From the NCBI GenBank assembly GCA_037379345.1, contig CM074521.1:26064704-26128703 (forward strand): 64,000 bases of DNA, read 5' to 3'. The notes beneath the pieces are model-generated. The model worked only from the letters and a program-made list of their open reading frames with translations, had not been told where the DNA came from and ran no database searches. Below are positions 1 through 12,200 of the stretch, one piece after another. The translations under genes and the position numbers were made by a program. The DNA is from Perna viridis. Lineage: Eukaryota. Position 1 is the first letter of the stretch. Every line of letters begins with the position of its first letter.

Positions 1-228
1 TAATGTTATCAGTTGAAACCAATTTCACTTCTTTTATAGGTCTCTCCTCTGAAGGTGTGTATTCCACAGAAAGTGTTGGTTGGGAACTTTCAAATGGGGT
101 CTTAGATGTTGGTCTCAAGTCTTCAACATTTCCTGTACTATCACTAACAGACAATTCACTACTTGGAATATATGTTGGTGACTCCATACCATCTGTTATT
201 TCGCAAACAGGAGTTGTACTGGCAGTTC
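1..228 (-). CDS. Exon L-B (partial, cut by window edge): (G)TASTTPVCEITDGMESPTYIPSSELSVSDSTGNVEDLRP...
   Basis: Minus-strand acceptor ttttgttgctttacAG|GAACTGCC (plus CT at 229-230); same class as 2184-2464. Confidence 0.88.
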
Positions 229-3200
229 CTGTAAAGCAACAAAAACTCCAATCAATATCAGCTGCTGTAAGTTCTGTTTGCCAGAAATATTTCTCAACAA
301 AACATGTTCTGTTGACTCAAAAAGTGATGGTTCACATTTTTATACAGATGTAAGGGATATAACAAAACGTACCTGTAGTAGTAATGCCTGGTGGTGTGGC
401 TGTACTTGAAACTTTCTCTGAGGTTGAACTTACAGCAGTGGTTACTGTAGTTGTTGATTCTATGAAAGAAAACCAATAGACACTGTAACTACATAGATCA
501 AATTAATAGACTGATACCTACATTACAAATCAGATTTATAACAGAATTTAACACTGACTGCATGTTCAGGAAAAGATTGTGTATTCAAAACAAAGCAAAA
601 AAAAGAACAGATGACTGGAAAATAATCAAATGACTTATTATCTAATTTCGGCAATTAGTATTCTTCAAGAAAACAATTTTAAACAACTGATTTGATACTG
701 CCAACATTATTCACTGAAACACCAATCAAACTGATCACTGATGTTTTGGTATATTCATTCAACCACAATAAGGCATTCACATACGTACCAACTTCAAAGC
801 AAGCATGTATCTGTATTTGGAGTTTGACTGGTTTGTAAGCGTCAATTTTGTCCTCAGGTGTTACAATAATTTCAACTTTCTTTACAAATGGTCTTGTTCC
901 AACACTTGTTGCAACCTCATCCACAGGTACCTGTACAAAAATCAAAACCATGTATATACAACCTTTCTACATGTAGCAATCAAAGCATAACCATAATCAC
1001 AATATTAGTTATGCAAAATGTCTAGGATTTACGAGTCATCCACTGTACGGTTTATTTGAATTGCAAAGAAAAAATCTAATATGATAACTGCGAAGAAAGC
1101 ATACCTGTTTTGTTGTCACTGAACCATCGGGATTAGTGAATTTCACTGTAAATGATTTAATGTTGTCCGTTGACACCAGCTTAACTTCTTTTACAGGTCT
1201 TTCTTCTGACGGTGTGTATACTATGGAAAGTGTTGGTTCAGAACTTTCAAATGGAGTATCAGAGGTTGGTCTCAGGTTCTCAATATTTCCTGTTTTGTCA
1301 CTCACAGATAATTCACTACTTGGAATAAATGTAGGTGACTCCATACCATCTGTTATTTCACAAAGAGGAGTTGTACTGGCTGTTCCTGTAAAACAATCAG
1401 GTCACTCTCGTCATTACATGCAAAGAAAACATAATTTGTTATTTCTCGAACCATTTTAAGTTGACAAAATCAATTGAATTTTTAGACAAGTGTATCATCT
1501 CTTCCAACAGAACTTTTGTACTTGACAGTTGCATAAACAGTATCAAATATTTCTGAACTAACCTGTACTTGATGTACTTGGTGGTGCAGTTGTACTGGTT
1601 ACTTTCTTTGAGACAGAAGAAACAGGTGTGGTAGCAGTTGTTGTTGATTCTGCAAAATAATTAAGAATATCAATTGTTTGTGACAAAGATAAAAGATTAT
1701 TGCACAACAAATGTTATGAAAACCAAAATCTTTAAAAGTATTAAAAGTATTGTCACATAACTACAATGCACAAACTGATGTCTACCAAAAATGATGCTAA
1801 GGTATTGTTTTGTTGATTTCCACTGTTCTTAACAAATAAAATAATTAATATTCCATCATATAAAAGTCACATACCAAGTTCAAAGCAAGCATGGATCTGT
1901 ACTTGGAGCTTGACTGGTTTGTAGGCATCAATCTTATCTTGAGGAGTTATGATGATTTCAACTTTCTTCACATCTGGTTCAGTTCCTACATTTGTTGCTA
2001 CTTCATTCACAGGAACCTGAAATAAGGCAATATGATTTTAATCAACTACCAAATGGCAAATCATGCTCACTACCACCACATTCAATTGCACAAAAATACA
2101 CAGACAAACATTTTTCAATTTATTTGGTATGAACACTCATGAAAAAATACAGATACAAACACGACAAAAGTTCAATATCCTACCTGTTTTGTTGTCACAG
2201 TGCCATCAGGAGCAGTGAATTTCACAGTGAATGATTTAATGTTATCAGTTGAAACCAATTTCACTTCTTTTATAGGTCTCTCCTCTGAAGGTGTGTATTC
2301 CACAGAAAGTGTTGGTTGGGAACTTTCAAATGGGGTCTTAGATGTTGGTCTCAAGTCTTCAACATTTCCTGTACTATCACTAACAGACAATTCACTACTT
2401 GGAATATATGTTGGTGACTCCATACCATCTGTTATTTCGCAAACAGGAGTTGTACTGGCAGTTCCTGTAAAGCAACAAAAACTCCAATCAATATCAGCTG
2501 CTGTAAGTTCTGTTTGCCAGAAATATTTCTCAACAAAACATGTTCTGTTGACTCAAAAAGTGATGGTTCACATTTTTATACAGATGTAAGGGATATAACA
2601 AAACGTACCTGTAGTAGTAATGCCTGGTGGTGTGGCTGTACTTGAAACTTTCTCTGAGGTTGAACTTACAGCAGTGGTTACTGTAGTTGTTGATTCTATG
2701 AAAGAAAACCAATAGACACTGTAACTACATAGATCAAATTAATAGACTGATACCTACATTACAAATCAGATTTATAACAGAATTTAACACTGACTGCATG
2801 TTCAGGAAAAGATTGTGTATTCAAAACAAAGCAAAAAAAAGAACAGATGACTGGAAAATAATCAAATGACTTATTATCTAATTTCGGCAATTAGTATTCT
2901 TCAAGAAAACAATTTTAAACAACTGATTTGATACTGCCAACATTATTCACTGAAACACCAATCAAACTGATCACTGATGTTTTGGTATATTCATTCAACC
3001 ACAATAAGGCATTCACATACGTACCAACTTCAAAGCAAGCATGTATCTGTATTTGGAGTTTGACTGGTTTGTAAGCGTCAATTTTGTCCTCAGGTGTTAC
3101 AATAATTTCAACTTTCTTTACAAATGGTCTTGTTCCAACACTTGTTGCAACCTCATCCACAGGTACCTGTACAAAAATCAAAACCATGTATATACAACCT

Positions 3201-6200
3201 TTCTACATGTAGCAATCAAAGCATAACCATAATCACAATATTAGTTATGCAAAATGTCTAGGATTTACGAGTCATCCACTGTACGGTTTATTTGAATTGC
3301 AAAGAAAAAATCTAATATGATAACTGCGAAGAAAGCATACCTGTTTTGTTGTCACTGAACCATCGGGATTAGTGAATTTCACTGTAAATGATTTAATGTT
3401 GTCCGTTGACACCAGCTTAACTTCTTTTACAGGTCTTTCTTCTGACGGTGTGTATACTATGGAAAGTGTTGGTTCAGAACTTTCAAATGGAGTATCAGAG
3501 GTTGGTCTCAGGTTCTCAATATTTCCTGTTTTGTCACTCACAGATAATTCACTACTTGGAATAAATGTAGGTGACTCCATACCATCTGTTATTTCACAAA
3601 GAGGAGTTGTACTGGCTGTTCCTGTAAAACAATCAGGTCACTCTCGTCATTACATGCAAAGAAAACATAATTTGTTATTTCTCGAACCATTTTAAGTTGA
3701 CAAAATCAATTGAATTTTTAGACAAGTGTATCATCTCTTCCAACAGAACTTTTGTACTTGACAGTTGCATAAACAGTATCAAATATTTCTGAACTAACCT
3801 GTACTTGATGTACTTGGTGGTGCAGTTGTACTGGTTACTTTCTTTGAGACAGAAGAAACAGGTGTGGTAGCAGTTGTTGTTGATTCTGCAAAATAATTAA
3901 GAATATCAATTGTTTGTGACAAAGATAAAAGATTATTGCACAACAAATGTTATGAAAACCAAAATCTTTAAAAGTATTAAAAGTATTGTCACATAACTAC
4001 AATGCACAAACTGATGTCTACCAAAAATGATGCTAAGGTATTGTTTTGTTGATTTCCACTGTTCTTAACAAATAAAATAATTAATATTCCATCATATAAA
4101 AGTCACATACCAAGTTCAAAGCAAGCATGGATCTGTACTTGGAGCTTGACTGGTTTGTAGGCATCAATCTTATCTTGAGGAGTTATGATGATTTCAACTT
4201 TCTTCACATCTGGTTCAGTTCCTACATTTGTTGCTACTTCATTCACAGGAACCTGAAATAAGGCAATATGATTTTAATCAACTACCAAATGGCAAATCAT
4301 GCTCACTACCACCACATTCAATTGCACAAAAATACACAGACAAACATTTTTCAATTTATTTGGTATGAACACTCATGAAAAAATACAGATACAAACACGA
4401 CAAAAGTTCAATATCCTACCTGTTTTGTTGTCACAGTGCCATCAGGAGCAGTGAATTTCACAGTGAATGATTTAATGTTATCAGTTGAAACCAATTTCAC
4501 TTCTTTTATAGGTCTCTCCTCTGAAGGTGTGTATTCCACAGAAAGTGTTGGTTGGGAACTTTCAAATGGGGTCTTAGATGTTGGTCTCAAGTCTTCAACA
4601 TTTCCTGTACTATCACTAACAGACAATTCACTACTTGGAATATATGTTGGTGACTCCATACCATCTGTTATTTCGCAAACAGGAGTTGTACTGGCAGTTC
4701 CTGTAAAGCAACAAAAACTCCAATCAATATCAGCTGCTGTAAGTTCTGTTTGCCAGAAATATTTCTCAACAAAACATGTTCTGTTGACTCAAAAAGTGAT
4801 GGTTCACATTTTTATACAGATGTAAGGGATATAACAAAACGTACCTGTAGTAGTAATGCCTGGTGGTGTGGCTGTACTTGAAACTTTCTCTGAGGTTGAA
4901 CTTACAGCAGTGGTTACTGTAGTTGTTGATTCTATGAAAGAAAACCAATAGACACTGTAACTACATAGATCAAATTAATAGACTGATACCTACATTACAA
5001 ATCAGATTTATAACAGAATTTAACACTGACTGCATGTTCAGGAAAAGATTGTGTATTCAAAACAAAGCAAAAAAAAGAACAGATGACTGGAAAATAATCA
5101 AATGACTTATTATCTAATTTCGGCAATTAGTATTCTTCAAGAAAACAATTTTAAACAACTGATTTGATACTGCCAACATTATTCACTGAAACACCAATCA
5201 AACTGATCACTGATGTTTTGGTATATTCATTCAACCACAATAAGGCATTCACATACGTACCAACTTCAAAGCAAGCATGTATCTGTATTTGGAGTTTGAC
5301 TGGTTTGTAAGCGTCAATTTTGTCCTCAGGTGTTACAATAATTTCAACTTTCTTTACAAATGGTCTTGTTCCAACACTTGTTGCAACCTCATCCACAGGT
5401 ACCTGTACAAAAATCAAAACCATGTATATACAACCTTTCTACATGTAGCAATCAAAGCATAACCATAATCACAATATTAGTTATGCAAAATGTCTAGGAT
5501 TTACGAGTCATCCACTGTACGGTTTATTTGAATTGCAAAGAAAAAATCTAATATGATAACTGCGAAGAAAGCATACCTGTTTTGTTGTCACTGAACCATC
5601 GGGATTAGTGAATTTCACTGTAAATGATTTAATGTTGTCCGTTGACACCAGCTTAACTTCTTTTACAGGTCTTTCTTCTGACGGTGTGTATACTATGGAA
5701 AGTGTTGGTTCAGAACTTTCAAATGGAGTATCAGAGGTTGGTCTCAGGTTCTCAATATTTCCTGTTTTGTCACTCACAGATAATTCACTACTTGGAATAA
5801 ATGTAGGTGACTCCATACCATCTGTTATTTCACAAAGAGGAGTTGTACTGGCTGTTCCTGTAAAACAATCAGGTCACTCTCGTCATTACATGCAAAGAAA
5901 ACATAATTTGTTATTTCTCGAACCATTTTAAGTTGACAAAATCAATTGAATTTTTAGACAAGTGTATCATCTCTTCCAACAGAACTTTTGTACTTGACAG
6001 TTGCATAAACAGTATCAAATATTTCTGAACTAACCTGTACTTGATGTACTTGGTGGTGCAGTTGTACTGGTTACTTTCTTTGAGACAGAAGAAACAGGTG
6101 TGGTAGCAGTTGTTGTTGATTCTGCAAAATAATTAAGAATATCAATTGTTTGTGACAAAGATAAAAGATTATTGCACAACAAATGTTATGAAAACCAAAA

Positions 6201-9200
6201 TCTTTAAAAGTATTAAAAGTATTGTCACATAACTACAATGCACAAACTGATGTCTACCAAAAATGATGCTAAGGTATTGTTTTGTTGATTTCCACTGTTC
6301 TTAACAAATAAAATAATTAATATTCCATCATATAAAAGTCACATACCAAGTTCAAAGCAAGCATGGATCTGTACTTGGAGCTTGACTGGTTTGTAGGCAT
6401 CAATCTTATCTTGAGGAGTTATGATGATTTCAACTTTCTTCACATCTGGTTCAGTTCCTACATTTGTTGCTACTTCATTCACAGGAACCTGAAATAAGGC
6501 AATATGATTTTAATCAACTACCAAATGGCAAATCATGCTCACTACCACCACATTCAATTGCACAAAAATACACAGACAAACATTTTTCAATTTATTTGGT
6601 ATGAACACTCATGAAAAAATACAGATACAAACACGACAAAAGTTCAATATCCTACCTGTTTTGTTGTCACAGTGCCATCAGGAGCAGTGAATTTCACAGT
6701 GAATGATTTAATGTTATCAGTTGAAACCAATTTCACTTCTTTTATAGGTCTCTCCTCTGAAGGTGTGTATTCCACAGAAAGTGTTGGTTGGGAACTTTCA
6801 AATGGGGTCTTAGATGTTGGTCTCAAGTCTTCAACATTTCCTGTACTATCACTAACAGACAATTCACTACTTGGAATATATGTTGGTGACTCCATACCAT
6901 CTGTTATTTCGCAAACAGGAGTTGTACTGGCAGTTCCTGTAAAGCAACAAAAACTCCAATCAATATCAGCTGCTGTAAGTTCTGTTTGCCAGAAATATTT
7001 CTCAACAAAACATGTTCTGTTGACTCAAAAAGTGATGGTTCACATTTTTATACAGATGTAAGGGATATAACAAAACGTACCTGTAGTAGTAATGCCTGGT
7101 GGTGTGGCTGTACTTGAAACTTTCTCTGAGGTTGAACTTACAGCAGTGGTTACTGTAGTTGTTGATTCTATGAAAGAAAACCAATAGACACTGTAACTAC
7201 ATAGATCAAATTAATAGACTGATACCTACATTACAAATCAGATTTATAACAGAATTTAACACTGACTGCATGTTCAGGAAAAGATTGTGTATTCAAAACA
7301 AAGCAAAAAAAAGAACAGATGACTGGAAAATAATCAAATGACTTATTATCTAATTTCGGCAATTAGTATTCTTCAAGAAAACAATTTTAAACAACTGATT
7401 TGATACTGCCAACATTATTCACTGAAACACCAATCAAACTGATCACTGATGTTTTGGTATATTCATTCAACCACAATAAGGCATTCACATACGTACCAAC
7501 TTCAAAGCAAGCATGTATCTGTATTTGGAGTTTGACTGGTTTGTAAGCGTCAATTTTGTCCTCAGGTGTTACAATAATTTCAACTTTCTTTACAAATGGT
7601 CTTGTTCCAACACTTGTTGCAACCTCATCCACAGGTACCTGTACAAAAATCAAAACCATGTATATACAACCTTTCTACATGTAGCAATCAAAGCATAACC
7701 ATAATCACAATATTAGTTATGCAAAATGTCTAGGATTTACGAGTCATCCACTGTACGGTTTATTTGAATTGCAAAGAAAAAATCTAATATGATAACTGCG
7801 AAGAAAGCATACCTGTTTTGTTGTCACTGAACCATCGGGATTAGTGAATTTCACTGTAAATGATTTAATGTTGTCCGTTGACACCAGCTTAACTTCTTTT
7901 ACAGGTCTTTCTTCTGACGGTGTGTATACTATGGAAAGTGTTGGTTCAGAACTTTCAAATGGAGTATCAGAGGTTGGTCTCAGGTTCTCAATATTTCCTG
8001 TTTTGTCACTCACAGATAATTCACTACTTGGAATAAATGTAGGTGACTCCATACCATCTGTTATTTCACAAAGAGGAGTTGTACTGGCTGTTCCTGTAAA
8101 ACAATCAGGTCACTCTCGTCATTACATGCAAAGAAAACATAATTTGTTATTTCTCGAACCATTTTAAGTTGACAAAATCAATTGAATTTTTAGACAAGTG
8201 TATCATCTCTTCCAACAGAACTTTTGTACTTGACAGTTGCATAAACAGTATCAAATATTTCTGAACTAACCTGTACTTGATGTACTTGGTGGTGCAGTTG
8301 TACTGGTTACTTTCTTTGAGACAGAAGAAACAGGTGTGGTAGCAGTTGTTGTTGATTCTGCAAAATAATTAAGAATATCAATTGTTTGTGACAAAGATAA
8401 AAGATTATTGCACAACAAATGTTATGAAAACCAAAATCTTTAAAAGTATTAAAAGTATTGTCAAATAACTACAATGCACAAACTGATGTCTACCAAAAAT
8501 GATGCTAAGGTATTGTTTTGTTGATTTCCACTGTTCTTAACAAATAAAATAATTAATATTCCATCATATAAAAGTCACATACCAAGTTCAAAGCAAGCAT
8601 GGATCTGTACTTGGAGCTTGACTGGTTTGTAGGCATCAATCTTATCTTGAGGAGTTATGATGATTTCAACTTTCTTCACATCTGGTTCAGTTCCTACATT
8701 TGTTGCTACTTCATTCACAGGAACCTGAAATAAGGCAATATGATTTTAATCAACTACCAAATGGCAAATCATGCTCACTACCACCACATTCAATTGCACA
8801 AAAATACACAGACAAACATCTTTCAATTTATTTGGTATGAACACTCATGAAAAAATACAGATACAAACACGACAAAAGTTCAATATCCTACCTGTTTTGT
8901 TGTCACAGTGCCATCAGGAGCAGTGAATTTCACAGTGAATGATTTAATGTTATCAGTTGAAACCAATTTCACTTCTTTTATAGGTCTCTCCTCTGAAGGT
9001 GTGTATTCCACAGAAAGTGTTGGTTGGGAACTTTCAAATGGGGTCTTAGATGTTGGTCTCAAGTCTTCAACATTTCCTGTACTATCACTAACAGACAATT
9101 CACTACTTGGAATAAATGTTGGTGACTCCATACCATCTGTTATTTCGCAAACAGGAGTTGTACTGGCAGTTCCTGTAAAGCAACAAAAACTCCAATCAAT

Positions 9201-12200
9201 ATCAGCTGCTGTAAGTTCTGTTTGCCAGAAATATTTCTCAACAAAACATGTTCTGTTGACTCAAAAAGTGATGGTTCACATTTTTATACAGATGTAAGGG
9301 ATATAACAAAACGTACCTGTAGTAGTAATGCCTGGTGGTGTGGCTGTACTTGAAACTTTCTCTGAGGTTGAACTTACAGCAGTGGTTACTGTAGTTGTTG
9401 ATTCTATGAAAGAAAACCAATAGACACTGTAACTACATAGATCAAATTAATAGACTGATACCTACATTACAAATCAGATTTATAACAGAATTTAACACTG
9501 ACTGCATGTTCAGGAAAAGATTGTGTATTCAAAACAAAGCAAAAAAAAGAACAGATGACTGGAAAATAATCAAATGACTTATTATCTAATTTCGGCAATT
9601 AGTATTCTTCAAGAAAACAATTTTAAACAACTGATTTGATACTGCCAACATTATTCACTGAAACACCAATCAAACTGATCACTGATGTTTTGGTATATTC
9701 ATTCAACCACAATAAGGCATTCACATACGTACCAACTTCAAAGCAAGCATGTATCTGTATTTGGAGTTTGACTGGTTTGTAAGCGTCAATTTTGTCCTCA
9801 GGTGTTACAATAATTTCAACTTTCTTTACAAATGGTCTTGTTCCAACACTTGTTGCAACCTCATCCACAGGTACCTGTACAAAAATCAAAACCATGTATA
9901 TACAACCTTTCTACATGTAGCAATCAAAGCATAACCATAATCACAATATTAGTTATGCAAAATGTCTAGGATTTACGAGTCATCCACTGTACGGTTTATT
10001 TGAATTGCAAAGAAAAAATCTAATATGATAACTGCGAAGAAAGCATACCTGTTTTGTTGTCACTGAACCATCGGGATTAGTGAATTTCACTGTAAATGAT
10101 TTAATGTTGTCCGTTGACACCAGCTTAACTTCTTTTACAGGTCTTTCTTCTGACGGTGTGTATACTATGGAAAGTGTTGGTTCAGAACTTTCAAATGGAG
10201 TATCAGAGGTTGGTCTCAGGTTCTCAATATTTCCTGTTTTGTCACTCACAGATAATTCACTACTTGGAATAAATGTAGGTGACTCCATACCATCTGTTAT
10301 TTCACAAAGAGGAGTTGTACTGGCTGTTCCTGTAAAACAATCAGGTCACTCTCGTCATTACATGCAAAGAAAACATAATTTGTTATTTCTCGAACCATTT
10401 TAAGTTGACAAAATCAATTGAATTTTTAGACAAGTGTATCATCTCTTCCAACAGAACTTTTGTACTTGACAGTTGCATAAACAGTATCAAATATTTCTGA
10501 ACTAACCTGTACTTGATGTACTTGGTGGTGCAGTTGTACTGGTTACTTTCTTTGAGACAGAAGAAACAGGTGTGGTAGCAGTTGTTGTTGATTCTGCAAA
10601 ATAATTAAGAATATCAATTGTTTGTGACAAAGATAAAAGATTATTGCACAACAAATGTTATGAAAACCAAAATCTTTAAAAGTATTAAAAGTATTGTCAC
10701 ATAACTACAATGCACAAACTGATGTCTACCAAAAATGATGCTAAGGTATTGTTTTGTTGATTTCCACTGTTCTTAACAAATAAAATAATTAATATTCCAT
10801 CATATAAAAGTCACATACCAAGTTCAAAGCAAGCATGGATCTGTACTTGGAGCTTGACTGGTTTGTAGGCATCAATCTTATCTTGAGGAGTTATGATGAT
10901 TTCAACTTTCTTCACATCTGGTTCAGTTCCTACATTTGTTGCTACTTCATTCACAGGAACCTGAAATAAGGCAATATGATTTTAATCAACTACCAAATGG
11001 CAAATCATGCTCACTACCACCACATTCAATTGCACAAAAATACACAGACAAACATTTTTCAATTTATTTGGTATGAACACTCATGAAAAAATACAGATAC
11101 AAACACGACAAAAGTTCAATATCCTACCTGTTTTGTTGTCACAGTGCCATCAGGAGCAGTGAATTTCACAGTGAATGATTTAATGTTATCAGTTGAAACC
11201 AATTTCACTTCTTTTATAGGTCTCTCCTCTGAAGGTGTGTATTCCACAGAAAGTGTTGGTTGGGAACTTTCAAATGGGGTCTTAGATGTTGGTCTCAAGT
11301 CTTCAACATTTCCTGTACTATCACTAACAGACAATTCACTACTTGGAATATATGTTGGTGACTCCATACCATCTGTTATTTCGCAAACAGGAGTTGTACT
11401 GGCAGTTCCTGTAAAGCAACAAAAACTCCAATCAATATCAGCTGCTGTAAGTTCTGTTTGCCAGAAATATTTCTCAACAAAACATGTTCTGTTGACTCAA
11501 AAAGTGATGGTTCACATTTTTATACAGATGTAAGGGATATAACAAAACGTACCTGTAGTAGTAATGCCTGGTGGTGTGGCTGTACTTGAAACTTTCTCTG
11601 AGGTTGAACTTACAGCAGTGGTTACTGTAGTTGTTGATTCTATGAAAGAAAACCAATAGACACTGTAACTACATAGATCAAATTAATAGACTGATACCTA
11701 CATTACAAATCAGATTTATAACAGAATTTAACACTGACTGCATGTTCAGGAAAAGATTGTGTATTCAAAACAAAGCAAAAAAAAGAACAGATGACTGGAA
11801 AATAATCAAATGACTTATTATCTAATTTCGGCAATTAGTATTCTTCAAGAAAACAATTTTAAACAACTGATTTGATACTGCCAACATTATTCACTGAAAC
11901 ACCAATCAAACTGATCACTGATGTTTTGGTATATTCATTCAACCACAATAAGGCATTCACATACGTACCAACTTCAAAGCAAGCATGTATCTGTATTTGG
12001 AGTTTGACTGGTTTGTAAGCGTCAATTTTGTCCTCAGGTGTTACAATAATTTCAACTTTCTTTACAAATGGTCTTGTTCCAACACTTGTTGCAACCTCAT
12101 CCACAGGTACCTGTACAAAAATCAAAACCATGTATATACAACCTTTCTACATGTAGCAATCAAAGCATAACCATAATCACAATATTAGTTATGCAAAATG

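Noticed and set aside
585-606. A-rich run as a retroposed poly(A) tail
   Set aside because: Only about 8-11 A, with no target-site duplication or element body; it behaves as a slipping intronic homopolymer.
294-990. 60-aa (294-476), 61-aa (805-990) and the full 90-aa (679-951) ORFs
   Set aside because: The first is the wrong frame of exon S-A, the second is antisense to M-A and broken in some units, and the third is exon M-A plus intron on both sides.
1036-1344. ORFs starting MESPT... as stand-alone small genes in a multigene array
   Set aside because: The Met is internal: the conserved frame extends 41 nt upstream to an AG acceptor. The C-terminal tails (VCFLRS..., VGY) are intron read-through beginning at a GT donor.
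789-1385. Naming the gene as titin, VERL, EBR1, SCO-spondin, hemocytin or a specific MUC
   Set aside because: No Ig/FN3 core Trp, and only two Cys per domain (ZP-N, CUB/TSP1 and CysD need more). No diagnostic terminal domains are in the window, so no symbol is given.
1136-2589. Plus-strand ORFs of 107 aa (1136-1459) and 129 aa (2200-2589) and their copies
   Set aside because: Antisense shadows of exon L. A/B similarity stops at the minus-strand splice sites, and the splice signals and pyrimidine tracts are all on the minus strand.
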